A DNA stretch of 64,000 bases from Raillietiella orientalis (GCA_036172245.1 JAYWIR010000024.1:2480001-2544000), one strand, 5' to 3'; positions 27,170 to 38,997 are shown, numbered from the stretch's first letter. Notes: generated by a model not told the origin, from the letters alone. Numbers and translations are program-made.

Positions 27170-28124
27170 TAAACGGGAAGGCAGTTTTCCTGCAACACCG
27201 CAGGAGTCAAGAAACTCCTTGGCAGCCGCAAGGCGAGCAGCAACACCGCCACTTCTCGTTTCCGGGAAAAGGGAAACGAGCGACCGCAGCTTGGTTTAAC
27301 TCCAGGTAGCTCCGGAGCGTTTACTATAAAAATAGTAAACATATATGTGTAGGGCCATCGGCCCCACATTGTCCGAAAATGTTCGGAACCTGCCGCGTAA
27401 CTGGCACGCAGGTCGACGAGGTGCGCCTCGGCAGTGGAGGGGGAGCAAACAAAAATAAAAATCAATAATAAAAAAATCCTGCGCTCGGTGTGCCCTCCGA
27501 CGAATTCGCGGTCCCTTCCCTGTGTGCAGACACCTCCGTGTTCCCACTGCGGTGGAAACAGGATGCTCTGCTGCACTGAGGATCCCAGCACGATCAACGC
27601 AATAGGGGAGAGATGTTTCCGGGGGCAATGTATTCCCAAACTGTTTGAGTTGAGGGGGGCGATAAAGTCGTTCCCTCACCTCCTGCTGGACCGCAGTGTC
27701 CTCGCGGACGTTTGGCGGAGACCAGCCTTGGTGCTCTGCCACCCAGAGAACACCGCCGAGGACTTGCTGCGGAGTTTCTTCGCTCAAGGAGGACTGACGA
27801 CGGGTGTCGTGATCGCGATGATCTGTTGCATCCGCACCATGGTGACAGTCCGCTATTTGCTGGAGTCTCGGGCGCACAGAGAGAGGAAACCACCCGCATC
27901 ACCGCCGCCTGGATGACGACGGCTGTGAGATGTCCTCACCTGCAAGAAGAAGTCTCCAGGGAGGTCGCCAGAGTTTATCGCCATCTGTAGGAAGAAAGGA
28001 GCTGCCAAACTAAAGACCCCTGTCTCTACCCTCTCACCTTTTTTTTTACTCTATTCATCATCCCCTGTCTCCTGCTCCTGACTTCCTTATAAGCCGGCCT
28101 ACGAGCTGTTGGTCATCCCTGGTG
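27170..28124 (+). mobile_element. L1/Tx1-like family B, 5'-truncated copy
   Basis: Collinear with ~23030-23935. Protein SFPHLLLDRSVLADVWRRPALVLCHPENTAEDLLRSFF..MVTVRYLLES matches the 23356 ORF. Shares the 3' end AAGCCGGC..GGTYATCCC. Confidence 0.85.
27296..27477 (-). mobile_element. 5'-truncated family-A LINE 3' UTR (~182 bp)
   Basis: Homologous to 23161-23300. Degenerate flanking repeat CCGCAGCTTGGT / CCTGCGCTCGGT (8/12 match). Confidence 0.8.
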
Positions 28125-28160
28125 GTCGCTTCTCGGCCTTTTGGCTAACATCGAAGTGCA
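28125..28160 (+). pseudogene. U2: U2 snRNA 5' fragment (about nt 1-36)
   Basis: GTCGCTTCTCGGCCTTTTGGCTAACATCGAAGTGCA versus U2 ATCGCTTCTCGGCCTTTTGGCTAAGATCAAAGTGTA (32/36, consensus recalled from memory). Homology stops at the branch-point recognition region. Confidence 0.9.
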
Positions 28161-29255
28161 AAGGAAAGGTTCCTTTCCATCATCTTTCCTGGCTGGGGAA
28201 AGATCCATGGCGCGAGAGGGGCGGGGTATGCCTGCCTGCAGCGAGGCATCAATACTCGCAAGTAGATGGAGGAGACCGTCCGCAGCCCGCACAAGATGAG
28301 GTAGGTCTCGTCTACACCCTTTGCCCCATTGCTGCCCTTACTAAGGGACGCAAGGGACAGCGTAATCCTGGCAAGGTGGAAAGTAACGTGCTGCATAGCA
28401 GCAAAGACGAAACTTCTGTTCTTAGTGGACAACTCGGGAGGTGACGGACTCTGCGATCTCGAGTGTCCCACCTCAAGGACTCCCACGCCGGGGAGAGCTT
28501 CTGGACATCCCTTCGGAGGAAGCAAAGTGGCCTCCAGCGCGCCGGAACCCTGGCAACCTCCTCCGCAAGTGGCAGGAGTTGATGTTGCTGGTGGTGCATG
28601 GGGGAATGCAGTGCAAAGAGTGCCTTCGCCACTGGACACGTGGATGCTTAGTGCAGCAGGTGCGGGAGGAAGTAAACTCCTCGCACCTGCTGTTGGATTG
28701 TGCTGCCTTCCGACCACTTTGGAATCTCCTCGAGACGATCCTAGGAACCCCGGGGGTGGGAGACCCCAGCGAAATTTTCAGACGCTTCTTCGTGCGTGGT
28801 ACTGCACTGTCGCCGGCCACGTCCCTCGCAGCTTCCTCCTCCTATCTCCGCGGGATCGCAGCGGCCTGAAACGCCAGAAGAAGAGACCGAAATGGCAGGG
28901 ATGCCATCCACTGGGTGTGGATCTTCCTGAAGAGCGCCTCGAGATGACCTTACCTGGGAGCTACACGGATGGAACTTGCCAGCATCCTGAACAGGATGTA
29001 GAGGACACCTGGCAGCGTACCGTGATCCCTTCCTCGAGCCCTCCCCTCCCCGTGTATAATTTCCCCTCCCCCATTTCGTGTGTTTATTTTTTTGGTGTGT
29101 TTTTGTTTCCCCTTCCCCCACGCTGCCAAAGCGGACCTCCTCGGTCTGCGAATCGACCTTCGGCAGGTCCATTAGATGTAGAACCAACGGTTCGACCACA
29201 CCAGTATATTTTTATTTCTTTATGTGATACATGGCTCGGCACGACCGGGTGATAA
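28161..29255 (+). mobile_element. L1/Tx1-like family A, 5'-truncated copy with 3' UTR
   Basis: KWQELMLLVVHGGMQCKECLRHWTR..SSHLLLDCAAFRPLWNLLETILGTPG matches the minus-strand copies at ~39400-39640 and ~49050-49260. Ends in the shared terminus GACCGGGTGATAA. Confidence 0.85.
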
Positions 29256-31211
29256 TCATCCTTCTTGGCTTTGTGTGACTCCTGTAAGGTGTCGGTCTGC
29301 TCTTACAGGAAGGCACGGGCACTTTCTAGACTCCAGCATTTCTCTGATCTCCTGCAGGATTGCGGAGCTTTGCCGTAGGGCTGGCTGCCGCTCAATATGC
29401 TGCCTAGACCGATGCCATCTCTTTCTGCCCCCTGGTCATAGATGCCGCGAGTGCTACCATGGCAACCGTGCACCCGGGACCACCGGTGCTTCATCTTTTT
29501 CGTTCTCTGGTCCTCCTTGCGCTTTATCCGGGAAACGGTCGACTCGGATAGAAACGAAAACTCATCTTCCTTGAGAGTGGGGGCTGAGTGTCCCTGCTCA
29601 CTCTGCTACTCAAGGGATCAGTCGGACGTGGTGCAGGCTTGCCCGGTGGCAGATGCGATGCCGCCCGTCAACCGGGAAGCATCGCATCTTCTAACTCTTC
29701 ACGTTTCCCCTGAAATTCCTTGACACTTCCCCACGGATCCCTCTCCAACCCCCTCCCTTAGGTGCGAAAGAATTTTCATGGCTTACTGGGAAGTCGCTCG
29801 ATTCTAGGGAATTTCACACAGCGACGCCTGGTCGAATTGGCCAGGATGTAGCGAGAACGTGGCGACAAGAGACGCGCTGAAATCGAGTGAGCCCACCCCT
29901 CCGGATAAAACGACGAATCCTTGATCTTCACAAATCCCCTCAAGTACCCAGTTCTCAGCACAGACAAGGGAGTAGGGGACCTCATAGGTCTAAAGAATCT
30001 TACGAAGAATCTCACCAGGGGGCATTTTTTTGAAATCCGACCATCTGTCATTAATTACCTTCATTAATTGTGTAAAAGGGGGCTCGTGCACAAGCACAAA
30101 AAACCCACTGATTGCACGATTTATCATCAAGGACGTTTCCGGGACGTCATGAAGAGCAGCCTGAGTACAAAGTATCCGATATTATGAAGGAAGGAAGAAA
30201 AGGAACACATGTCGTACACCTTCTTGAGAGATTTCCAATAACACTAATGAGACTTGTCTATTGGCTGCAAGTCGTCACGATCATCTCCGTCAGGAAGAAA
30301 AATTAGAATTTCAGTCATTAAAGTCCGCCTTTTTGTTAGATGACAACTGTCATTCTTGATGGATGCCTCATCTTCTTCCTTTGATCTGAGGCACTGAAAC
30401 CCTTGAACTTGAAATCACCCTTCATTTTGCTGAGGAAAGGCCCAACACCCGGATATGGTGGCTTCTGAGTCTCATCCCTTCCCCTGACAACAAGCACGCT
30501 CTTGCTCCCTCGGAATGCGTCCTCGAGTGCTTCTCTGCCACTCGAGCCTCTCATGTCTTTTTGCCTTTCTACTCCTTCAGTTGCTTCCCCTGTGGGTGCT
30601 TGGCTCACCGTTTGAACTATCAGACAGCTCTCAAAACTCGTCTCGAAGCGATGCGGCTCCGGCGGTCGCCCTTCTGCTCACAGGGCGCCAAAGAGCGCGT
30701 CACCTTCACGCTAGCTCCGTGTATGGGCTTTGAGAACCCTACCGGATCCTTTGATCTACTTCCGGCGTTACATCCTCATCTCTTTTACAATTCATGTTCG
30801 TGAAGGAACGCCAAGAAACGATGGAGGAGATTTTCCACCTTCTCCAGAACCGGTCTGTCCTCTCCATCTTTTTGATGAGTGGTGTGTAATTTCAGAATGG
30901 AAACGTAAATCCGTTTTGAAATGTTGAGCTATTTCGCGTGCTAAGGAAAGGTGGAAGGTGACTCGCGGATCAGTAGCTCAGCGCTCTTCCGGTAACGATG
31001 CATCTCTCGCAAGCCAACAGTTCCCGGTCGGTAACGATGAGACTTCTTAACATCCACTGTAGCTGGAGCACTCTTGCAAGCCGCCTTCGTTGCTAACTGC
31101 TTCCTCCACGACTTACCACCAGTACCTCATGAGAAAACTGCTTGCACAGGCCATACTTTATCAAGAAGACACTTTTTCAACCACCAACAACAACTACAAC
31201 TTCAGAATGAT

Positions 31212-31559
31212 CTTGATCATTGACTGAACCATGCTCAAAGGCTGTTCGCATGGAACCCTTCTCCACATCAGACTTCCAGGATCTTACTGGCGTATTCACT
31301 ACTACCACCAAGATCTTCGTCGACGGCGGTTCCAGGCGAACTCGCACCCAAACCCTTCTGCGCAAACCGTAGCGACCCTTCTACTCTCCGGAACCTGAGA
31401 CGACGTCCGGAACGCTTCCGGAAGACAGGAACGTCTCTGTCCCGGAGGTTGGGTGCAGACTGGACGCTCGAGCTTCCCACCCATCTCCAGGGCCGGTTGC
31501 TTCGGCAGGTGAGTCTTTACACTTAGCGGCTCCCGGCTTCCATGGCCACCGTCTTGAGC
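31212..31559 (-). pseudogene. 28S rRNA: Diverged 28S rRNA fragment (region around D6 up to the start of D7a)
   Basis: The minus strand has conserved LSU blocks in the expected order: GACGGTGGCCATGGAAG, CCGCTAAG, ACTCACCTGCCGAAGCAAC, GAGTAG.AGGGTCGC, AGATCTTGGTGGTAGTAG, GTGGAGAAGGGTTCCATG.GAACAGC, CATGG.TCAGTC. Many substitutions, so it is not a functional rDNA unit. Confidence 0.93.
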
Positions 31560-32330
31560 GGAGCCATCTTCTTCATGCTTACTTTCCCGTTGGTGGCCAT
31601 GCACTTCTTCATTCGCCGACTCGTTCTCTCTCTTACAATGGCGACGCGGTCGTTGCTTCCAGTGCACATCCTTGGAGTACTGAACGTCCAAACATCCCAC
31701 TTCTATCTTGGAGTGCATCGCCTGTCTTCTGAAGATCTTTAGCTCTTTCGTGACTAGGTCATTCCCATGTTCTTAAGGATCCCACGATGATCTGGGACTC
31801 CTTTGTAGAAAAAGTTGGGAGTCAGTTCTCGATATTGCTGTAGTCGGTCTTGATTCTTCTAGAACAGCCACTGAGCTCTATATGGTTTGCTCTTCCTTCT
31901 CCCTGGAGCATTCGGTCAGGCTATGGGCTGGCGGCTTCTAACCATCGACCCCTAATGTTCCTGGATAGCCCTTTTCATACGTATTACCACCTCGACAAGT
32001 CTTCTGTTAATCGAACTGAGCCGCTAGTGCATTGGCTGAGGATGGCTCGGAGCATTCTTTCCACACCACCCACCGTCGGATCCATTCCAGCCCTGTGGCG
32101 GACGATGCTTGTGCAGGCGGCGTGTCAAGTCAGCACTGCATTAATGACCCCCTTAATCTGAAGATTTTTAAGTGCTTTCCATCGACTCCCATGAACTTCC
32201 AAGCGTAAGACTAAAATGATAATTCGATCTGCAACCAGCCTCCCTGGACGGAAATAACGCGAACCGAGTCTCTCTGTTCCTTCTTCTGCGTGGTCGGACT
32301 TTCATCCCAACAGTACACGCAGCTCTCCTT
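31560..32330 (-). mobile_element. Decayed RTE/CR1-like reverse transcriptase fragment
   Basis: RAILSQCTSGSVRLTEDLSRW*YV*KGLSR resembles the VR....S..F.V..GLRQG region of RT domain 4. Confidence 0.45.
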
Positions 32331-33449
32331 GGATAGGTACCACGGTGGGTCTACTTCGCAGATCGAAGACACCTTCACGTGCAGATGCTTGTGCTGCTTG
32401 CGACTCTCGACGATATGTTGGCCATCTTGTGTTTGGCGAGCGGTGACAGCATGCTCTGGACACGCCGGTTAGGACGCCCTTTTGAAGACGGGCATTTGTG
32501 TGGTCGGGACGAACCTCTGGAAGAAGACCATCGGCCCTTGAACCCACTCTGCGCGGAAAAACGGGTAAGCGAGCTTGGCTCGATGGGGAAACCCTCCCAG
32601 TGCCTACCGAGAGGCCGAGCTCTGGAACCGCGGAGGTGATCCCGTCGCAGAGAACGGGCGTTCCGTCTCGCGGCTCTCCCGGGAAGGCAAACCCGCAAGG
32701 TTGGTCTCCTGAAGAAGCGTGGGAGATGCAATTTGCAGTTCTACAAGGGTTTATTAAGCCTGAGGCCTCACTGAAAGGAAATGGAGAGCCTGCCACTGCT
32801 CCATTCTCTTGCGATGAGCTGCGGGAGGGAAGGAAAGTCGGTGAGTGCGGCGCGCTTGGCCATCATCTCGGGAAATCATCTTTTCCGTTTCTTCTTCCCT
32901 GCCAAAAGCTGCTGCTTGCTTTCAGAGAGCCTTGCCAAAGATGAGGGTTAGGGATGTCAGCCAGAGATGTCGAGATCTGGGTGGAATGAGTCCATCCACA
33001 GCTCCTGTCTTGCCTCCTCGGTTTCATTTCTGGGTGGGCGCCCCTCCGGCGTGCTCCCCAACCAACGTCTCCGGGGATGCTTCCGCGTCTTCTTTTCTGC
33101 TTCCCTGCCAAAAGTGATAGCCAGCCTCAGATGACTTTTTCCGTTCCCGACGAGTTCTGCACCCGCATCGGCGCACATCCTTGTCCGTGTTCTTCAGCAG
33201 ATCTTCTTCAGCATCTGCACTCCCCAGTGCTCTCCAATCGGCCTTGCAATTGGCTGCCAAAAGGGCATCCAACGCAGCTCTCAGAAAGCCTTACGCCATC
33301 GCTCTGCTTTGTGAATTTTCTTAACTCCATTTTCGATCGTCCCACCTAGTGGTTGACGCCCTCGCACGAGCACGTTGCGCCTTGCAGCAGCGCTCCGAAT
33401 TTTCGGTCCACGTCAAGTCCCGGCCGTAGGCTTCCGCTGACCAAGAGCA

Positions 33450-36400
33450 TCAAGCATTGTCCCTGCTGGTGGGGGAAAACAAAAAATTTCTAATGTTATT
33501 AAAGTCCTAAATAATTCAATACAATAAAAATTCCAGGTGATGCTCGGGTTGTTGAATGAGATGTGGTCCGAGCAAGGTCCAGCTTAGGAGCGACCGTCCT
33601 CTTGTTATTTTCGGAGGCAGTAGGAAGGAGGAACGACAGGGACAGCGCAATGGTCTGCCGCTGCTGCCATTACGCCTCGTCTTGCCGTTCTTTCTTTGCG
33701 TGCGCGTGTCAATCCGAGGCCATGTACTTCCTCGCTGCTCCGGCCGTGCAGACCAAGGGGGCCGTCGTCTCGTCTCGGTCCTTCCACCTCCTCGATGGCC
33801 GCTTTCCAGACAAAACTCGCGATGATGAGATAACGCAAACGGAGCATCCCCTTTGTTCCTCTCGACGCTTTGGTATGATTCTGCGATGATCCCTCCCCCT
33901 CCCTTCCTTTAAAAAAAATCTCAAGTTGTTTCATCTTATGCCTGTGGCGATGAGAGAGCAGGTGAGCGAGGCGCTCTGTCTCCCTCTGAAAATAAGAGGA
34001 AGAAAGGAAGAAGAAAAAAAAAAAATAAAAATAAAGAAGGCAGAAATGAGCTCTGGTAAACCAATTTAAGTGCATCCACGATCATTGCATCCCCAAATGA
34101 CGCAAAAGGCAAATCCAAATACGCTCCGCTGCTAAATGCGTGTGGGCATTTCTTCTTCGCTGGCAAAAGTCAACTTTCCCCTGCAATCAATTCCTCTGCA
34201 TCGAGCGAGCTATCGAATATCATTTGGAGATAATTAGTCCTCTGGAAAGAGTTATTTAAGCTGCTCAATGACCCTCCATTACCGCAAGAAAACCTTTCTT
34301 CGGCTCAAAAAATCCTATCTTTACATGGCTTTTAAGCTTCCGAAGTGTGTTATTGTCTCGCAAAGAGTTGCTTTTCATTTCATTCTCGACCTATTGAGTG
34401 CTTCATGCTTGAGGGACAGCTTGTAATTTGGATCGGCAATGAACACTCCCGGCCGAAACCAAACACCCTCGGGCCACGACTTGCTTATCTCGGCATTCCG
34501 TAGCTAATCATTTCACACCTGCGTGGCGCGAAAAGGCCAAAAGTAATCGTGGAAGCTACATATTTTCCCTTTCCGCAGATGGCCAGTTTCCCAGGTCGCG
34601 GAACGTAGCCTAAAGCAAATACACGGCACACACGCGCGCGCGCGAGCAGGGCGAGGCGAGCGGCGGTTGGAAACCGTTCTATCAGGAATCGGTTGCTCGG
34701 CATGACACGAGCGGAATGAAGCTGGACCGCATGGGGTCGCCGCAGCGCGGTCCCGCACGCTGACAGCGAGGAGGATTCGAAGGGGGGTGGGTGGGGGAAG
34801 AAGAGCACGGCGGTGGAATCCCACCTCCGCGAGAGGCTCCGCGCAGAACGTGCGATTCGCCGCGCTAATCAAACCTGATGGCGCGGGGCGTCTGATAATC
34901 ATCTCTGAGCGAGCGTGCCGCTGCGAGTCCGAGGGTCGCTCGAGAGACGCTGCTCGACCAGGGGTGCAGCCGAACCCGCAGCTTTGCCTTTTTCCCCCCT
35001 TCTTCTTTCTCCCTACCTCCCTCTCTGCCCACGAAGGGACCTCCGAACACCTCTTCCTGCCAAGAGAGGCAGGGCGGCTAGAGGTGTGCAGCCGGTGTGA
35101 AATCGCTTTCCCCGCGCAACAGCTGACCTTCTCGCGCGACGGGGAAGGGAGGGGAGGTGCACGCGATGTTCTTGGGGGGTTACACAGCCGCTTCGAATGA
35201 GGGGGGGGGGGGAGGGCAGCGTCCGAGAGGAGCTCGAACTCCTCTTACCAGGCTACCATCTCCTCTCCCGGGCACTCTGTTTTTCCTCGTGGGTGTCCGC
35301 GAAGGAACCGAGCGGAGACGTCGGTTTATCATCGCCGGTACTGACGCGATATCGCGCACGAGCTCAGCGCGCGCGCAATCACAATTTCGCAACCTTATTT
35401 ATGGTCGAAGCATAAATTACCAAAGGACGGGGGAGGGTGGGGAGGGCAGAGCAGCGCCTTCGCGGCCGCTCCAAAGATTGCATCTCGTTTCCATCATTCA
35501 TGCGTGCCGGTCAGAATCGTGACGACGAAATTGATAGATAAAATCCAATGGCTTTGCCTTTCTGATTGTTATCACACCTCTTCGGGAGAGGATGTGGTAA
35601 TCGGAAGGGATACCCAGAGGAGAGTCGCGTCTCCGGCGCCGAGAGGGGCGCCGCCGGTCTGCCGGTCCTGGTGCGCGCCTCCGCTCGCGGTGCATGCGAA
35701 GCGCGAGGAAGCCCTCCGCGAGACGAACCGGAAATGTTCTCAGGGATTCACAACGGAACGTTTGCTCCTAAGGATGGAAGGGAGAATGATGATGATGATG
35801 ATGGCATGGCGAGTGGAAGAAGACAGAGAAGAAGAAGAAGACGATGATGAGTGGAAGGAGATGGTGGTGATGATGAGTCGATGATGGTGATGGTGAGTGG
35901 AGGAAAAAGAATAGAGACAAGGAGGAGGAGAAGATGATGATGATGAGAGTGATGAGTGGACGACGACGACGATGGTGGTGGTGGTAGTGAGGAGGAGGAG
36001 GAGGAAGAGGAAGGAGAGAGATCAGCAGCAGAGGTCCCCACGAAGGGTTGCTCGCAATCTTTCCGATCCCATAATCTGTCGCAGAGGGGAGCATCAATCC
36101 GCCTCAGCGAGGATCTCTAGCGAGCCTGGGAAGCGATCCCTCGTCGGCGAAGTGTGCCCAGGACCTGACCTGGAGGGATATTAGCGCCTTCAGGATGATC
36201 CGCGCACTCCCCGCATCTGCCTCTGGCTAGGCGCTGCGCGACCCGCGGGCCAAAGCTCCGAAGGTGTTTGCGGACATCGGTGGACTGCGGTGGCGACGGC
36301 GCGCGAGTTCGTTCCGGAAGAGAGCGGGAGACCACCGGCCACCCTGTCCGAGCATCCCTCCCGCGACTGCGGGGGGAGCTTTCCGTCTTTCATCGCGGGT

Positions 36401-38900
36401 CGGCTTCAGGAGGTGGAGCCGTGTTCCGACGAAGGATGAGTCGGCGCACAAAGAAGGTGTCCGTTCTTGGTGTTCCGAGGGAACTGCGAGGCTCCCGAGA
36501 AGGCACGGAAACCCGTCCTCTTCTCCCTTCCCCTTCCTCCTCACAGCAGATTCCACCCTCCAGAAGGGTCATTTCCGATCGCACGCCTGCCTCTCTTCGG
36601 AAAGCGCACCAGGCTTGCCAGAACTGGCTCTTCTTGGGCAGCAAGGAAACCGTTCGGGGAGGCAACCCAATCATCGTCGACGGCCACTCCGAGTAGCTCC
36701 TCGGCTATTAAGCACATTACCCTAATGAAATGTTGAAGTAATTAAGTCAAGGCTACCTCCGCATCAATTCTCTTTTCAGGCTTGAAGGATCGCCTCCTTC
36801 CTCTCCTTTGAAATGATTTTCTCAAGGCTGCGTGGAGGAGTGATAAATCTCCCTTAGCCAGATCAAAGAAAGCGAGGACCCGAGGCTATACCTAATTTCG
36901 GTTTGTGTTAGCTTTAACGTGATGGTCTCCATAAATCTTATTTCTATTCTCGAGTCTGTTCCCAGATAAGAAGAATTAATTATTTGCAAGCGATTCTTTC
37001 CTTTCCGTTCTCCTCCACATTGTGTTTTTGCCCGGATGATTTACGGGCGCTTATTTACTATACATGGTTAGGTTTCGTCCGGGTCATTAATTCCGGGCTC
37101 CGCTTCCCGCTCGTGTCGGGAGACCAGACTACCTGAACCTTCCGGAGGCCTCTGAGGGGGGAGAGGAGGGGGGGCCACAGCCGATTGCAGGAAAGTTCCT
37201 CAAGGGTCCAGGCAAGCCGAAGCACGAAGCGCTCTCGCTTCGCGACGTCGAGGGAAAATTCCGGGACTGGTCTGGAGCAGAAACTGGAAGATTTCGGCTT
37301 CTGCTGCTGCTGCGATGCTGGCCGCCAAGTCCTTTCCGCACCGGCAGGGAGTTCTGCAGGCGAGAATCCGCCACTGCGTTCACCCAGGTTTCTCTGCACA
37401 ACGGATGGACCTGGTCGCTGCAGCTCTCCCTCTCTGTTGCCAACGTCCAAGGGAGTCGGCTGCAGACCGAAAGCGCGCGCGCGCGCACAAGCGCGGGTGA
37501 GCACGCGGAGGAGAGCGCTGGACGCTTTCTTGGTGCTCTCATGTGCGTCCGGCGATGCTGCGATAACCAGCCGCAAAACCTTGCAGCTCGGCTTCCGACT
37601 CCCGGTCAGGGGATGCGAAGAGGCAACCGCTCTGCTGTCGAGATGGAAAAACCTGGGGTGCAGAAGGAGTCCTTCTATCGGCGTTTCCACCGCTGCCCGG
37701 ACGTACCTGGGTGGATGGTTTTTTTATTGCAAGCACTGCTTAGCTGACAAGTCAACAGGGAGGGAAGGGGATGAGCACACCAGGAGGTGGACTCTGCCTC
37801 TGATCTCTAGGAAAGGCCTTTTAAACAAGCGCGAAAGGGGGAGAGAGGACGGAGAGGTTTCTCCGGCACGCAGCATAGACGGTGGCCTCAAGCAAACTGA
37901 AACTGACGAGTCCGTGTCCAAGACAGCGTCTCTTCCACCATCCGGATTTCGTTTCCCGGTAGCCGTTGCTCTTTTGCAAACAAATCTGTCCCGATGTTCC
38001 TCCTAGAGAGTTCAGCGTTTCCCCGTCGCGCCCCCGACAAGACAGATGTTCCCCAAATTACTCGAGGTGTTGTCTTTCTCGATCGCTCTCCGTTCGCGGC
38101 CTCCTTCCGTCCCCACAGTTATTTTTTTCAGTGTTGCTGCTGATTCATGCAGCGCTCCGACGAAGGACCAGGAGAGTTTCCCACCTCGGAGGGAAGGCTC
38201 TGCTGCTCCTGCTCCCAGAACCAGAAGGAAACGAGGGATCCTCTTCCTATTTTCCTGGAATGACCCCTTTGATCCGCTGAGTTCCCCCATGCACGGGTTT
38301 CCGTGGTCTTCGATCGAATTGAACGGCGGAGGGTGATCTCGAGCTACTCGGGCAGCATCTCCGAATGCTTCTTCCATGATGGAGGGTTTTGTGGAACCAC
38401 TGAGTCGTCGCACTGCAATGGAAGCAACTCCTTGGGCAACCGCAATCTAAAGTCAGTGGTAGGCCTACACCAGAGATGGGAGACCGACGCATTTCTCCTC
38501 CCCTGCGATGAGGGATTCAGAAAAGTAATCTCAGCCGCAGCAAGGGGAGATGGAGGACGCTGCTTGCCTCGAAGGGGTAGCCTCCGGAGGTCACCAAGAC
38601 AGGAAACAAGGATCTCAGTCCTTTCTGCTCCTCTTTCTTCATTTTCCTTTTTTTGTTCATGGCTCGCTTTCCCCTCAACCCTCCCAGTGTTCCCACGTAG
38701 CCGACCCGCGTACAAGCGATTCGCTCCTTCTCGAACTCCCAGAGTCCTGCAAGAAGGGTTTCCGACTTTGCGTGCTTATTTTCTTGCGGAGCGAACTCCT
38801 CACCGCGACCGGGTGACAACGAAAACAGGTGGCACGGATCGAAGGGGATACTGGCGGCGAGGGAAGCAGAGCAGCTTAAGATCCGTGAACGATGAGGATC
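33450..38900. promoter_or_regulatory. CpG-rich, transposon-poor putative cis-regulatory block
   Basis: Retained CpGs and (CG)n runs. Clustered homeodomain-type motifs, e.g. TTTATGG/CATAAATT near 35400-35420 and TGATTTAC near 37037. No recognisable transposon or exon. Confidence 0.4.
35783..36020 (+). repeat. Compound trinucleotide repeat (GAT/GAA/GAC/GGT/GGA)
   Basis: Runs of (GAT)n, (GAA)n, (GAC)n, (GGT)n and (GGA)n are directly visible. Confidence 0.9.
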
Positions 38901-38997
38901 GCGTTGCTCGTGACCAATCAGCTCCGTCGAGATGCGATCAGGAATTTCAACTTGCTCGCAAGGGTGGGAAGTTTCGAGGTTGTCATGAGGATCTGAG

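Noticed and set aside
32894..33114. 15-bp direct repeat CTTCCCTGCCAAAAG as a possible target-site duplication
   Set aside because: Similarity extends upstream of both copies and the spacer resembles no element in the window, so a small local duplication is more likely.
33345..33465. Exon-like segment on the minus strand (pyrimidine tract-CAG ... AG/GTGGG)
   Set aside because: All three frames contain a stop, there is no recognisable product, and I have no transcript evidence.
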